This document shows, in pieces, positions 62,025 to 64,000 of a DNA stretch of 64,000 nucleotides. Origin of the DNA: Podarcis filfolensis (Eukaryota); NCBI GenBank assembly GCA_964270895.1, contig OZ185443.1; one strand, given 5' to 3'. The first letter of the stretch is position 1. Each line of letters opens with the position of its first letter. The notes under the pieces were generated by a model. That model saw only the letters and a program-made list of their open reading frames with translations, was not told where the DNA came from and searched no databases. The translations under genes were made by a program, and so were the position numbers.

Positions 62025-63339
62025 GTGTGGGGCCGCTGGGGAGATGACACTCTGCTAAGGCTGTTGCCTTTTTCTTCCCTTTTGCTATTGCAGGGGTGGG
62101 GAACTCCAGGGCAGTGGCGGAACTTGGGGGTCAGCAGTGCCCTGTGCAACTCCAAAATTTGGCACCCTCCCATCTCTTGTGCTCCATGCAAAATCACGGT
62201 TGTGGTGCCCCCGAGGCTTGGCACCCAGTGCAATAAAACGTGTAGTGCTCTCCTGAATCTGTGCAGGGAGACTTCCAGGGCGCTTGCCATCTAGCCACCA
62301 GGACTCTCTGCAAGCCAGGCCTCTCCCTGGCCCTACTTCACAGCCTCTTGGAGCCGGGACGTCCGGCTTTTCATACCAAGTGGGCCTCAAGAAGGCTTTG
62401 ACACAGAACCCTGCAGGCTCTTTCTCTGCCAGAGACATGACACCTCTTTCCCAAAGCCCAGCGCCTCCTTACCAGGCTTTGGGAAGGTAGCATTGGGGCT
62501 GGGGGAGGCGTCAAATGTTGCCAAGGGCCATCCCATAAGGCCTCGAGGCCTGCATGCTGCCCTCAGGCCACGTATTGGACCGCCCTGTCCTGAAGTGTTT
62601 TTGTCTAGCTGGAAATATGTCCTGGAGCTCTGACCCTGCCTTGTGCTTGAGTGTGCCAGCTGGGCAAAGGAATAATTTGCATCTGTTGCTCCACCCACTT
62701 TTGCTTCAGGCCCCGCCCACCACTGGCATGTGGTCCCCGGAAGGTTGCGCCACGGGAAGGCAGCCCTCCGGCCCTAAAGGCTTTGCTGTCCCTTTGCGAG
62801 CGCCTTTAGCCGCAGCCTGTCTTGTTGAAATCTGAACGGGTGAAGCTTTTCTCTCTGGCCCCAGCCAGGCCATGCCTTGAAGCAGACAGCTTCCCCCACA
62901 GAGCCCTTGGAGTTGTATAGTTTCCACCACCCTAAACAAATACCATTCTGAGAATTCTTTGAGGAACCGTGTACTTTCTGTGTATGGCATGGATGCGACC
63001 AAGGAAAAGCTTCCCTTGCTTTTAAGTCATAGAACTGCAGAAATCCTTTAGGCCAGCTTGCAGCAAACTGTTAAGGGGGTAAGGAGTGCCATGTTTTGCT
63101 GGGAGCTGTCAGTAGCCCTCTCCTCCATTAATTTCTCCAGTCCTCCTTAACAGGCTGGCGGCCACCACTGCCTCATGTGGCAGGGAGTTCCATAGTTTAA
63201 CTGTGTGCCATGTGAAGAAATGCTGCCTCCCTAATCCATCTTGAATCTTTTCCAACATTCAGCTTCATTGGATGCTCATGAGTTCCAGTATTATGAGAGA
63301 GGGAGTGAAACTGTCCTCTGTCCACTCTCTCCATGCCAT

Positions 63340-63341
<2 letters not shown>

Positions 63342-63383
<42 letters not shown>

Positions 63384-63896
63384 TTGTACCCCGCCCATCT
63401 GGCTGGGTTTCCCCAGCCACTCTGGGCGGCTTCCAACAAATACATTAAAATGTCACACATTAAAAACTTCCCTGAACAGGGCTGCCTTCAGATGTAGTTG
63501 TTTATCTTTTTGACATCTGATGGGAGGGCGTTCCACAGGGCGGGCGCCACTACCGATAAGCCCCTGTGCGTGGTTCCCTGTAGCTTTGCTTCTCACAGTG
63601 AGGGAACTGCCAGAAGGCCCTCAGCGCTGGACCTCAGTGTCCGGGCTGAACGATGGGGGTGGAGACGCTTCTTCAGGTAAAAAGGACCGAGGCCGTTTAG
63701 GGCTTTAAAGGTCAGCACCAACACTTTGAATTGTGCTCGGAAACGTACTGGGAGCCAATGTAGGTCTTTCAAGACCGGTGTTATTTGGTCTCGGCGGCCA
63801 ACCCCAGTCACCAGTCTAGCTGCCGCATTCTGGATTAGTTGTAGTTTCCGGGTCACCTTCAAAGGTAGCCCCACATAGAGCGCATGGCAGTAGTCC
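63342..63896 (-). mobile_element. L2-clade LINE 3' end with (TAA)n tail
   Basis: GLPLKVTRKLQLIQNAAARLVTG; related 3' ends at ~13616-13940 and ~59333-59675. Confidence 0.85.
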
Positions 63897-63911
63897 CTAG
63901 GAACCTCTGCC

Positions 63912-64000
63912 CATAGCTGTCAACTTTCAGATTTGAAAATAAGGGATCAGCAGCCTTGAAAATAAGGGATCAGCAGCCTCACCTGTCCCGGGGACAGCCT
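63912..64000. mobile_element. hAT-type MITE (41766 family), runs off the window end
   Basis: catagctgtcaactttcagatttgaaaataagggatcagcagcc is the reverse complement of the 41951 end. Confidence 0.8.

Noticed and set aside
62433-62486. Possible further in-frame 54-nt exon of the coiled-coil gene (RHDTSFPKPSASLPGFGK)
   Set aside because: AG/GT and phase fit, but the donor is weak, the peptide is not coiled-coil-like, and such matches occur by chance.

Overview
Vertebrate genomic DNA. The repeat families (Sauria-type and Squam3-type SINEs, CR1, L2, BovB-like RTE) point to a squamate, probably a lacertid lizard; that taxon is an inference. The window holds three spliced genes. EDC3 (+) has a complete CDS in 6 exons (1105-20423, 507 aa). 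CLK3 (-) has a complete CDS in 12 exons (36303-23327, 492 aa), with a probable non-coding first exon in the CpG island at ~42.3-43.0 kb; it is convergent with EDC3. An unnamed coiled-coil gene (+) has at least 9 phase-compatible exons (48474-62024, 471 codons, open at the 3' end) and is divergent from CLK3. Introns are rich in LINE, SINE and MITE insertions, several with perfect target-site duplications (TSDs). The most notable element is a degenerate Penelope-like retroelement (~56.7-57.8 kb). Its GIY-YIG endonuclease remnant is split across both strands by an inversion, and it carries an intact minimal type I hammerhead ribozyme core on the minus strand (57037-57080). All coordinates were read by eye; no searches or folding programs were run.
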